A stretch of 64,000 nt of DNA, from positions 4,141 through 68,140 of the forward strand of contig VMFR01000005.1 of NCBI GenBank assembly GCA_007376135.1. Reading direction: 5' to 3'. The translations under genes and the position numbers were made by a program. Below the pieces are notes generated by a model. That model saw nothing but the letters and a program-made list of their open reading frames with translations. It did no database searches and was not told where the DNA came from. The stretch is from Parcubacteria group bacterium Gr01-1014_31 (lineage in GTDB: Bacteria > Patescibacteriota > Patescibacteriia > Buchananbacterales > GWA2-38-13). This document shows, piece after piece, positions 34,742 through 43,185 of the stretch (position 1 is the first letter of the stretch; every line of letters starts with the position of its first letter).

Positions 34742-36034
34742 TCATGAGAAGCGGTATCCCTTGGGGATGACCAGGATGCCGCCCTCGGACAGGACGGGGG
34801 TGTTGGACACCGGCTCGCCGGCCTTGAGTCGGGAAAACATATCGGCGAACTTGACGGTATCCCACGGCGGTTGCCGCGGCGACATCTGCAGGCCATGAGG
34901 AATGACCACCTCCTTGTCCACGACGACCCGCTCCAACCGGCAGTTCGAGCCAACCTGCACGTCATTGAGCAGGATGCAATCGGCAACGACGCTGCCACGG
35001 CCGACGACCGTGCCGGACGACACCACGCTGTGGGTAACGTGCACGTCGTCCTGGCAGATGGCGTCGGGACCGAACACCGCCCGGTCAATGCCGCCGACCC
35101 GGTCGAATTTCGCCGGACTGATGGGCCAAAGCGGCGCGGTGTACATCGGCCACTGGCGGCCGTAGAGATTGAACGGCGGCTGCCGGTCGCACAGCATCAT
35201 CTGCACCTGGTACCAGGCCTCGATGGTGCCCGTGTCGGCGAAAAAACCGCGTTCGCCTGCCTCCACGCCGGGAATGCTGTTGATTTCCAGGTCGTAGCCC
35301 AGCACGCGGCAATTGTTGATGAGCCAGGGGATGCCGGAACGGCTCAAGGTCATTTCCGGCTGGTGGGATGCGCCGATGTGGTCCAGCATCTGGACGAACG
35401 GCTGGCGCCGGATGGCGTACATCGCCAGGTTGGCGTGACAGAAGCCCGGTCGGCCGGGAATAGACTGGGGCGCGTCCGGCTTTTCCCGCATGATGTGCAC
35501 GCGGTCGTCGGGGTCGATCTCCAGCACGCCGAGCTGGCCGCGCGCCTCCGCCACGGGAACAGCGCGGTAGACCATGGCCGCGTCCGCATCGGCTTGCAGC
35601 ATCGCGGTGATGAACTGGCGAAAGTCGACTTTGACCACCTGGTCGGCCATCACCACCAGGAAAATTTCGGTGCCGTTGGACAGCAGAGTGCTGCGCAATT
35701 GCAACAGGGAGTCGGCGTCCGACAGGAAAAACCGGTCGTCCTCCTTGGGAGGCGCCAGCACCCGCACGTACTGGCCCCGCATCTGCGCCACGCCATTGGC
35801 GTAGCCTTCCAGATGCCGGATGAGCGACTGCGGCCGCCGTTGCACGATGACGTGCACGTGGGTGATGGAGGAATTCAGCAGGTTGGACAGCATGATGTCC
35901 ACCAGCCGGTTGTTCCCCCCGATGGGGATGGCGGGTTTGGCGCGAAAACGCGACAGCGGCTCGATGCGCGTGCCGTCGCCGCCGGCGCACACCACGCCCT
36001 GCACTTTGGAGGTATCCAAGATAAGGTATTCCAC
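34742..36034 (-). CDS. glgC: Glucose-1-phosphate adenylyltransferase (GlgC)-like nucleotidyltransferase
   Basis: GVVCAGGDGTRIEPLSRFRAKPAIPIGGNNRLVDIMLSNLLNS matches the GlgC N-terminus. C-terminal left-handed beta-helix region. Confidence 0.55.
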   Translation of the reverse strand: MEYLILDTSKVQGVVCAGGDGTRIEPLSRFRAKPAIPIGGNNRLVDIMLSNLLNSSITHVHVIVQRRPQSLIRHLEGYANGVAQMRGQYVRVLAPPKEDDRFFLSDADSLLQLRSTLLSNGTEIFLVVMADQVVKVDFRQFITAMLQADADAAMVYRAVPVAEARGQLGVLEIDPDDRVHIMREKPDAPQSIPGRPGFCHANLAMYAIRRQPFVQMLDHIGASHQPEMTLSRSGIPWLINNCRVLGYDLEINSIPGVEAGERGFFADTGTIEAWYQVQMMLCDRQPPFNLYGRQWPMYTAPLWPISPAKFDRVGGIDRAVFGPDAICQDDVHVTHSVVSSGTVVGRGSVVADCILLNDVQVGSNCRLERVVVDKEVVIPHGLQMSPRQPPWDTVKFADMFSRLKAGEPVSNTPVLSEGGILVIPKGYRFS

Positions 36035-36188
36035 GGGTTTTCAACTCCTTTTCAAGGGGACAAACGAACGAGCCACCAATGAACACGAACGGCCACGCTA
36101 GCACACAACGGCAAGTTTTTCAAGGCCTTATCGGGATGACGGAGGTACCGAGTTCGGCTATACTGCTAGGGTAATCACTCCCCTTTGT

Positions 36189-37103
36189 ATGCCCAAACAC
36201 CCGTACGCAACAGCAACGACGCTGGCGCTCGCCACGGCTGCAATCTCCGGCGCGGCCAATTTCCTCAACAAGTCGGCGCTGGCCGCCGTTCAGGGCCCGA
36301 TATTCTTCACCACCATGAAAAATGGGGCGGTGGCCGTCGCGCTCATCGGGATCGTGCTGATGTCCCGGCAGTGGCGCGAATTTTTCCATCTCCGTCGCGA
36401 CCAATGGCTACGGCTGCTTTTGGTCGGCGTCATCGGCGGGTCGCTGCCGTTCGCGCTGTTCTTCACGGGCCTGGCCCAAACCTCAGCCATTAACGCGTCG
36501 CTCATCCATAAAACGCTGGTGTTGTGGGTGGTCGTACTGGCCGTGCCCCTGCTGAAGGAACGCATCTCCTGGCTACAGGGACTGGGCATCGCGGCCGTTT
36601 TTTCCGCCAATCTCCTGGTCGGCGGTTTTGCGGGTTTCAAATTTAACGCCGGCGAACTGATGATACTGGCCGCCACCCTGTTGTGGGCGGTGGAGAATGT
36701 TATTGCCAAACGGACGCTTGCCGACGTGTCCAGCCTGACCGTGGCTTCCGCGCGCATGGTCATTGGGTCCGCGCTACTGTTTGTTCTTCTTACCTGGCGC
36801 GGAGAGGCCAGCCGGATACCGGAACTGAACGCGGCGCAATGGGGATGGGTGGCACTCAGCGGCGTGCTGCTCACGGGGTACGTTTTGACCTGGTACGCAG
36901 CGCTCAAGCGCGCGCCGGCAACGTACGTCGCGACGCTTTTGGTACCCGCGACTCTAGTGACCAACGTGCTTTCCGCGGTGTTCGTGACCCACGCGATTCC
37001 CGCGCGCGACGTGCAGGCAATACTGTTGTTCGTTCTGGGTACCCTGCTGGTCATCCGCTTTGCCAGAACGACAAAAATTCCGGCTCCCTCACCGGTGACC
37101 TAG
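36189..37103 (+). CDS. EamA/DMT family transporter
   Basis: Ten predicted TM helices with a duplicated EamA architecture. Confidence 0.65.
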   Translation: MPKHPYATATTLALATAAISGAANFLNKSALAAVQGPIFFTTMKNGAVAVALIGIVLMSRQWREFFHLRRDQWLRLLLVGVIGGSLPFALFFTGLAQTSAINASLIHKTLVLWVVVLAVPLLKERISWLQGLGIAAVFSANLLVGGFAGFKFNAGELMILAATLLWAVENVIAKRTLADVSSLTVASARMVIGSALLFVLLTWRGEASRIPELNAAQWGWVALSGVLLTGYVLTWYAALKRAPATYVATLLVPATLVTNVLSAVFVTHAIPARDVQAILLFVLGTLLVIRFARTTKIPAPSPVT

Positions 37104-37104
37104 T

Positions 37105-37836
37105 ATGGACGGCATTTTGCGCTGCAGCCGATACTCCTTTGGACCCAACCGGCTGCACTACTGCGGCCCTGACCAGAACCGCGAGATGCTCGCCTATCTG
37201 GAGGAAGGCGTCAGCGACGCGGGGCTAACCGGCATTCTGAAAAAATTCGCGACGCTGTACCCGTATCTCCAGCACATCGCGGCTGCTAACCGCATCGCCG
37301 ACCCGTTTGATGAGCGCGTGGTGGAGGCCTACTGGATCGGCAACGACCTGCTGGAACGCGTCTCACCGCAATCGCTCTATACGCACCTACGCGATACCCT
37401 GCAGCTGAAGGACCGCCTGGGCAGCGTGGAGTTCGACCGTTTGACCGAGAAGATCCGCGCGGGTGCCCTTCCCCACCACTCCTTCCATGTCTTGGACATC
37501 TGGTTGCGCACCGGCCATGTGGAGCGAATGCATACCGTAGAAAGCATGGACGCCTGCCGCATCGGCTGGGGCACGGTGGTGACCGTGCAAGGGCCCGCGA
37601 TCACCGTGGAAACCGAGCCGGTCGTCCTGCGCGACGGCAAATTGGAATTGGGCGCGCCCGTGCAGCGGACGGTTACCCGTGCGCTGGAAACGGCCAGCGA
37701 CCTCGAGCAGGTACAACCCGGGGACCTCATCACCATGCACTGGGGAGTTCCGTGCGAGGTCGTCACCTCTGCCCAGGCCGCGGTATTGCGCCGCTACACC
37801 GTCCGCCACCTGCAGTTGGCGAATCTGACGCTATGA
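37105..37836 (+). CDS. Conserved hypothetical protein (possibly DUF6390-like)
   Basis: N-terminal SRYSFGPNRLHYCGPD motif. Gene coupled to the downstream YibE/F gene. Confidence 0.4.
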   Translation: MDGILRCSRYSFGPNRLHYCGPDQNREMLAYLEEGVSDAGLTGILKKFATLYPYLQHIAAANRIADPFDERVVEAYWIGNDLLERVSPQSLYTHLRDTLQLKDRLGSVEFDRLTEKIRAGALPHHSFHVLDIWLRTGHVERMHTVESMDACRIGWGTVVTVQGPAITVETEPVVLRDGKLELGAPVQRTVTRALETASDLEQVQPGDLITMHWGVPCEVVTSAQAAVLRRYTVRHLQLANLTL

Positions 37837-38942
37837 GGATACGTTTTATTCTTCTCTCGGTAGTACTGGCCGTTGTGCCGTGGGCCGCAGCGGCGGATGA
37901 CCATGATGCCGGCGACGTGTTCACCGCACGGGTCGTCGAAATATTGGAGCAGCAAACGGAAACCCGCGACAACGGTTCAACCTTCACCCAGCAGGATCTG
38001 AGGCTCGAGGGACTGCAGGGGGAATGGCGTGGGCGCACTATCGTCACCCAAGGCGTCTCCGACATCGAAATCCTTGCCAGCCGCGTCTATCGCGTCGGCG
38101 AGAAGGTCTTGGTACAGCGCGTGCCGGGGGTAGACGGCAGCGACGCGTTCTACGTGGTGGATGCGGTGCGCACCGGCAGCCTGGCGGCGCTGGCGTTGGT
38201 CTTCGCACTGGTGGTCGTCGCGATCGGCCGCCGCAAAGGCCTGCGGGCGCTCGTCAGTCTGGCCGCCAGCTATGCCGTCATCATGTGGTTCATCCTGCCG
38301 CGGTTGTTGGCCGGCGCCAACCCGCTGCTGGTCAGCGTCCTGGGTGGGTTTGCCATCCTCACGGCGATCACCTACCTGACCGAGGGGTGGTCGAAACAGT
38401 CGCATGTCGCGCTGCTGGCGATGCTCGTCAGCCTAGTGGCGACGTACCTCATCGCCGTGCTGTTCACGACGCTGGCACAGATCAGCGGCACCGCCCAGGA
38501 GGAGGTGCTAGTGCTGGCCGACGCGGCCACGGGCGCATTGGATTTCCGGGGACTGCTCTTGGCGGCCATCATCATCGGCACCCTGGGGGTACTGGATGAT
38601 GCGGTCATCAGTCAGGTGGAGACCGTCGCCCAGCTGCGCCAAGCCAACCCGGGATTGTCCGCGCGCGAACTTTATCGGCGGGCGTCTGCGGTCGGCACGG
38701 CACACCTCGGCGCAATTATTAATACGCTATTTCTCGCCTATGTGGGCGCCTCGCTGCCTTTGCTGCTCCTGTTCTCGCTCCGTACGCCGCCCTTTACCAG
38801 CACCGCGCTGCTCCTCAATAGCGAACTCATTGCCACCGAGATCGTGAAAACACTGGTGGGTTCGATCGGCTTGGCCTTGGCGGTGCCGATCGCGACGGCG
38901 CTCGCCGCCTACGTGCCGCACTCGCGCACACACCCGAGATGA
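37833..38942 (+). CDS. YibE/F family membrane protein
   Basis: Signal peptide plus an extracytoplasmic domain, then multiple TM helices. ATGA overlap with the upstream gene. Confidence 0.55.
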   Translation: MRIRFILLSVVLAVVPWAAAADDHDAGDVFTARVVEILEQQTETRDNGSTFTQQDLRLEGLQGEWRGRTIVTQGVSDIEILASRVYRVGEKVLVQRVPGVDGSDAFYVVDAVRTGSLAALALVFALVVVAIGRRKGLRALVSLAASYAVIMWFILPRLLAGANPLLVSVLGGFAILTAITYLTEGWSKQSHVALLAMLVSLVATYLIAVLFTTLAQISGTAQEEVLVLADAATGALDFRGLLLAAIIIGTLGVLDDAVISQVETVAQLRQANPGLSARELYRRASAVGTAHLGAIINTLFLAYVGASLPLLLLFSLRTPPFTSTALLLNSELIATEIVKTLVGSIGLALAVPIATALAAYVPHSRTHPR

Positions 38943-39322
38943 TAGTTTTTGTCTTCGGCAACTCCGACCTGGCGGCTGATTCCTTGCCGCTGCGGATCTT
39001 GCCGCGGCTGCAGGCACTGCGCCCGTCGGTGGATTTTCGCGTGGCCGACCCCAACGAAGAATGGGACATCCCGTGCCAGCTGGTCGTCGTGGACACGGTC
39101 GTTGGCATTTCGCAGGTGACCGTGTTCGAGGGGCTTGAAAAATTTTCGGCCGCGCCGCGGATGACCATGCACGACTTTGACGCGCTTTCCAACTTGCGGC
39201 TGCTCCAAAAGCTCGACAAACTGGACCAGGTGACCGTCATCGGCATACCTCCCGCCATGGACGAAACAAAAGCGGCGGCAGAAGTTGCCGCCGCGCTGCA
39301 ACGCTTGCCGACCGCCGGCTAA
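38939..39322 (+). CDS. Hydrogenase maturation protease (HybD/HyaD/HoxW-like), short form
   Basis: Collinear with HybD: MIVFVFGNSDLAADSLPLRILPRL vs ILVLGVGNILLTDEAIGVRIVE; VVVDTV vs IIADAI; MTMHDFDALSNL vs ISPHQLGLADVL; VTVIGIPP vs LTLVGVIP. Confidence 0.55.
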   Translation: MIVFVFGNSDLAADSLPLRILPRLQALRPSVDFRVADPNEEWDIPCQLVVVDTVVGISQVTVFEGLEKFSAAPRMTMHDFDALSNLRLLQKLDKLDQVTVIGIPPAMDETKAAAEVAAALQRLPTAG

Positions 39323-39858
39323 TGCCGGTGGCCGCCGCCTTCCCCGTGGCCGTGGACGCTGTCCGTGGCGCAGGTGTAGAGCTGGTGCGAATATACTTGA
39401 AACCCAAGCATCGCCTGGGTATACTGGCGGGCTTCGACGGTGCTTTTTTCGGCATGCTCCTGGAGGTGCTCCAAATGGTGGAAGCGGTTCCAGAGCTGCT
39501 CTTGGACGGCAGCGGTGAGAAAATCAACGAGCGGCTGCGGGTCGCCGGTCTCAATGGCGCGTTCGGCCAGCGGGATGACCGGACCAACAGACAGCCCTGC
39601 GGGCTGCAGCCCGCTGAACGGCGCGCCCTCTCCCGCCCGATGGAGGCGCACGACGGTCTCATACAGCCACTGCTCGGCCACCTCACGCGCCGCTTCGCCC
39701 AATGCCCGCGCGGCCATAGTTTTCATGAACGCGGCACGCAGTTCGGCTTCGGCCTCCGCCGGCGCATACGGCAAAAGGATGGCTACGTTATTTTCCGCAA
39801 CGGCCCGCTTGGCGGCTTTGATGACCGGCCCGTCCCACGTATCACAATGCGGCGGCAT
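39319..39858 (-). CDS. Hypothetical protein with a His-rich C-terminus, last gene of the hydrogenase operon
   Basis: Ends ...SVHGHGEGGGHRH; a possible metal (Ni)-binding tail. Confidence 0.4.
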   Translation of the reverse strand: MPPHCDTWDGPVIKAAKRAVAENNVAILLPYAPAEAEAELRAAFMKTMAARALGEAAREVAEQWLYETVVRLHRAGEGAPFSGLQPAGLSVGPVIPLAERAIETGDPQPLVDFLTAAVQEQLWNRFHHLEHLQEHAEKSTVEARQYTQAMLGFQVYSHQLYTCATDSVHGHGEGGGHRH

Positions 39859-40052
39859 ACCGTGAAGTGATTAAGATTCAAAATACCGTTTTACTCGCAA
39901 GGACTTTCCGGCGCTGGGACGTCCGCGCCGTGCTCGATCCACTGCCCGCCGCGGCAGCTCCAGTTGTCCTCGCCCGACAGCAGGCGCAGCCCCAGGAAGA
40001 ATGCTACGACGACGCCCGCGATCAGCATGATCATTGCGCTCTCCCGCATAGC

Positions 40053-41348
40053 CTAGGCGTCCCAGTTCACCTTGAGGAAGTGCGAACCGCAGCTCATGCA
40101 CGGATCATAGGCGCGGATGAGCTTCTCGATCTCGAACGCGATCTTCTCTTTCGGAGCGTCCGGCAGCAAGTCTTGAACCAGACGGCGCACGTCGTCCTCG
40201 ATATTGAACTGGTTCTGACCGGTAGGAACGACGATCTCCCCGCGCTGAACGATCCCGTCCGCGCCGAGCTCCACCTTGTGGTAGAGCGTGCCGCGCGGCG
40301 CTTCCACCACACCCACGCCAACAGCCGCCCTCGGTTTGGCGGTCACCACCGGTTCCGGCGTGAACGTCGTTTGCGCCAGAGTGTCGATGCTGGCATCCAC
40401 GCAGTGCAGGATCTCGATGGCCTGCGCCAGGTTGTTGTGAAAAATATCGGTCGAGGGAAAGACTGCCAGCGCCGCTACCACGTCGGCTTTGGTCCTTGCG
40501 TGCAGCCGGTCTTTGGCCAGGTTCATCCGCGCCAGCGCCCCGACCATGTAGGACTCCCCGCGGTGCCGGTACGCGGACGCCTGCGAATACGGCAAAACTA
40601 CTTTTTCCAGATGGTCACGGAACTGGTCCTCCTGCAAGCACAACCCTTTGCCCGTCTGGATGCAGCCGTTGACAAAACCATAGCGTTCCGGCAGAAGGGC
40701 CATGTAGTTGGTCTGGCGGTCGAAATGGAACGGGGCACGCAAGAACACGTCGATGAGGCGCAGTACGGCGGGCCGCGCGGCTTGAAGCTTTTTCACCGCC
40801 TCAGCGATACCCGCCGGGTCCGGAAATTTCAGAAAGCCGCCGATGGTCGGATACAGCGCATGCACGGAGCGCCCCGACACCAATGTCGCGAGGTAGTTGC
40901 CGGCGGATTTTATCTCGAACCCGTCGTGGAGCAGCTGGTGCTGCTCGGGGTCATTCTCGTCGAAATCCAAAAAAGCGTCCTTGCCGTAGATATCGGGCAG
41001 GGCAAACAGGTAGAGGTGCAGGGCATGGTCGCGGATGTTCAGCCCGGCCATGGTCAGCTCCTTGAGCGCGATGCTTTGCGGCGTGGGCGTTATACCCAGT
41101 GCCCGTTCGCAGGCTTCAATGCTGCACAGCAGGTGCGCATTGGAACAGGTGCCGCAAATGCGCGCCAGCAGCTGCGGCAGCGCGGCGATGGGTTTCCCCT
41201 GCATCGCCTGGGTAAAGAAGCGCTTGAACTCGGTGATCTTGAACTGGACCTGAACGACCTTGCCGCCGCGAACCTTGACGTCCAGCGCGGCCGAACCTTC
41301 CACCTTGGTCAGGCGGTCCATCGTGAGGTCTAGGTCGATGGTGTGCAT
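40053..41348 (-). CDS. [NiFe]-hydrogenase large subunit, about 432 aa, likely group 3 (cytosolic)
   Basis: N-terminal RICGTCSNAH and C-terminal DPCMSCGSH metal-binding motifs; an 8-aa tail after His consistent with protease processing. The ORF track's 150-aa N-terminal extension was rejected; start set at MHTIDLDLTMDRL. Confidence 0.75.
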   Translation of the reverse strand: MHTIDLDLTMDRLTKVEGSAALDVKVRGGKVVQVQFKITEFKRFFTQAMQGKPIAALPQLLARICGTCSNAHLLCSIEACERALGITPTPQSIALKELTMAGLNIRDHALHLYLFALPDIYGKDAFLDFDENDPEQHQLLHDGFEIKSAGNYLATLVSGRSVHALYPTIGGFLKFPDPAGIAEAVKKLQAARPAVLRLIDVFLRAPFHFDRQTNYMALLPERYGFVNGCIQTGKGLCLQEDQFRDHLEKVVLPYSQASAYRHRGESYMVGALARMNLAKDRLHARTKADVVAALAVFPSTDIFHNNLAQAIEILHCVDASIDTLAQTTFTPEPVVTAKPRAAVGVGVVEAPRGTLYHKVELGADGIVQRGEIVVPTGQNQFNIEDDVRRLVQDLLPDAPKEKIAFEIEKLIRAYDPCMSCGSHFLKVNWDA

Positions 41349-41365
41349 AACAAGAAAGGCAAAAA

Positions 41366-42055
41366 TCAAAATGCAAAAGGCAAAAGCTTGGCGGTCAATT
41401 CGGCGGCCAGCAGCCCCCCCATGACGATACTTAGACACCCGGCGCTCAGTTGTACCGCGCGGTGTGCCCGGTCGAACCGCTGCGTGAGCAGGAATGGCAC
41501 GGTCAACGCCGACGATACGGCCATCATCCCAAGGATGGACCCCGCCCCGAACACGCCGGCAAACAGCATACCTTGGCCGAACGTCGGGGCACTCGCCATG
41601 ACCAGCAGTGCGAGCGCAGCGCTCCCCGCCAGCCCGTGGAGCATCCCGACAAGGAACGAACGGTGCTGGTGGGCATGCGCGGGACTGCCGGCGTGGGCGT
41701 GCCAGTGCACATGCCGTACGCCATGGTCGTGGACATGCGCGTGCACGTGCAGCCGCTCCCGCCGCATCGTGCGCAGGACGTTGACCCCGAGCCACACCAG
41801 CATCGCCGCGACGGCATACTCAAAGAGCAGCGCCAAGACGACCGGCATCGTGACGCGGAACGCGAGCAGCAGAATACCGACGGTCATCAGCGCGAGGGTG
41901 TGCCCGAGCCCCCAACGCAAACCTAACTGCCACGACCGCCGCACGCTTTTCGTTTCCGCGGCCATCGCAGTGACCGCGAGGACATGATCGGCGTCTAAGG
42001 CATGCTTGACGCCCAGCACCAGTCCCAGCAAGTAAATTGACCACCAGGTACTCAT
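41366..42055 (-). CDS. NicO/RcnA-type Ni2+/Co2+ transporter
   Basis: KHALDADH is the HX4DH motif. His-rich loop HVHAHVHDHGVRHVHWHAHAGSPAHAHQH. Six TM helices. Confidence 0.65.
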   Translation of the reverse strand: MSTWWSIYLLGLVLGVKHALDADHVLAVTAMAAETKSVRRSWQLGLRWGLGHTLALMTVGILLLAFRVTMPVVLALLFEYAVAAMLVWLGVNVLRTMRRERLHVHAHVHDHGVRHVHWHAHAGSPAHAHQHRSFLVGMLHGLAGSAALALLVMASAPTFGQGMLFAGVFGAGSILGMMAVSSALTVPFLLTQRFDRAHRAVQLSAGCLSIVMGGLLAAELTAKLLPFAF

Positions 42056-42741
42056 AACGCGCCCCCTCGCAGTTCCTTGACCAGCGCATTTACTTTCGCC
42101 AAAAACGTATTCGGGTCCATCGGGCAGCCCGGGATTTCCGCGTCAACCTTGACGACGTCCGATACTTTTTGCACCTTCGGGAGGGCGGAAAACCGCGCCA
42201 CTAGTGGGGCGATCTCGGCCTGCTGCTCGGGCGTGAATGTATTGCGCTGCCCCGCCGGCAGTCCGATGCAAGCGCACGCCCCGACGGCCACCAACTTTTT
42301 GGACCGTCCGCGAATGTCCCGTACAGTTGCCGCCTGGTGCTCGGAGGCAATCGCCCCCTCGATGAAAGCAATATCGAACGCATCCATGACGTTCCGCGAC
42401 TTCAGCACCCGGGCATGGCGGAAATCGAACAGCCGTTTCCACTCCTGCCAGTGGTCATTCATCACCTCGGTCATCACCACCGTATTGTCCTCGCAGCAGG
42501 AGAAGGAAAACCATCCAATTTTCAGCTTCGGCGGGAGCGGCGGGACGGCGGGAATGATGGCGGGCGCCTGCGCGCTGCGCACCGCCAGGGCCCGGACGGG
42601 TGGCTTTTTCGCCGTCCGCCGAAGGGTCTTTGGCAAAGATAAACGAGGTTTTGTTAGACGCTTCTTGACAACCCGTTTTACTGCGCGAGAGCGCAGCCTG
42701 ACAGGCCTACGTTTGCCAATTTTCAATTTTCGATTTCCCAT
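42052..42741 (-). CDS. [NiFe]-hydrogenase small subunit (NuoB/HoxY-like) with an unusual basic N-terminal extension; start uncertain
   Basis: KLKIGWFSFSCCEDN...GACACIGLP...IPGCPMDP cluster-binding motifs. In-frame N-terminus of about 70 aa rich in K/R with no alternative ATG. The annotated ATG lies inside the IR of the adjacent inserted element. Confidence 0.6.
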   Translation of the reverse strand: MGNRKLKIGKRRPVRLRSRAVKRVVKKRLTKPRLSLPKTLRRTAKKPPVRALAVRSAQAPAIIPAVPPLPPKLKIGWFSFSCCEDNTVVMTEVMNDHWQEWKRLFDFRHARVLKSRNVMDAFDIAFIEGAIASEHQAATVRDIRGRSKKLVAVGACACIGLPAGQRNTFTPEQQAEIAPLVARFSALPKVQKVSDVVKVDAEIPGCPMDPNTFLAKVNALVKELRGGAL

Positions 42742-43185
42742 GAATGTTACATTAGTATTTCAATGAGGCTCGTTCACGTAGGGTAGAAGTTATCTTTTGG
42801 AAAATCATAGTTAGTGCCTGCGTCTCAAGCCACAACTTTCGAATATCTGTCCTCATGTCTGGTTGCGCAGTTACCAACATCCGCAGCCAATGCTTGGTTT
42901 CCTGGGCCTCTTTTTTACAAATGGCTATTTTATGGCCAAAATCCTTTTTTGAGCTAGCACCATTCGCTTCCATGTAGTTCGCCCCAATGCTTGTGGCAGA
43001 GCGAATAAGTTGAGAAATTATCGGCTTTGTTATGTGATCAGGATTCACGGTTCTACAAAAAACGATCACTGCGCTGCCAAATAATGCCGTCCGTTCCTCC
43101 AAATCATATCGCTTTGTTTGGAATTTTTGTTCCATTGAAAATTCATCGAAAATTGGAAATTGTAAATTGAAAATTTGCTCGCTCT
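42714..43185. mobile_element. AT-rich IR-bounded insertion carrying a four-helix-bundle (rRNA-IVS-type) protein gene
   Basis: Left GCCAATTTTCAATTTTCGATTTCCCATGAATG and right ATTCATCGAAAATTGGAAATTGTAAATTGAAAATTTGC are imperfect inverted repeats. About 40% GC vs about 65% in the flanks. Confidence 0.5.
42752..43135 (-). CDS. Four-helix-bundle protein (23S rRNA intervening-sequence protein family, TIGR02436-like)
   Basis: YDLEERTALFGSAVIVFCRTV...LIRSATSIGANYMEANGASSKKDFGHKIAICKKEAQETKHWLRML. Confidence 0.7.
   Translation of the reverse strand: MEQKFQTKRYDLEERTALFGSAVIVFCRTVNPDHITKPIISQLIRSATSIGANYMEANGASSKKDFGHKIAICKKEAQETKHWLRMLVTAQPDMRTDIRKLWLETQALTMIFQKITSTLRERASLKY

Noticed and set aside
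33694-36104. Multiple overlapping ORFs around the glgC-like gene (33694..34770 +, 34871..36082 +, 35085..36104 -, 34690..35088 -)
   Set aside because: High-GC antisense and off-frame artefacts. Only the 34742..36034 minus-strand frame shows GlgC nucleotidyltransferase motifs.
39867-41333. 488-aa plus-strand ORF across the hydrogenase large-subunit gene
   Set aside because: It is antisense to a gene with unambiguous NiFe large-subunit motifs, and its translation is low-complexity.
40053-41795. 580-aa version of the large-subunit ORF with a 150-aa N-terminal extension
   Set aside because: The extension is Arg/Ala/Pro-rich and overlaps the NicO gene. The conserved N-terminus begins at MHTIDLDLTMDRL (41348).
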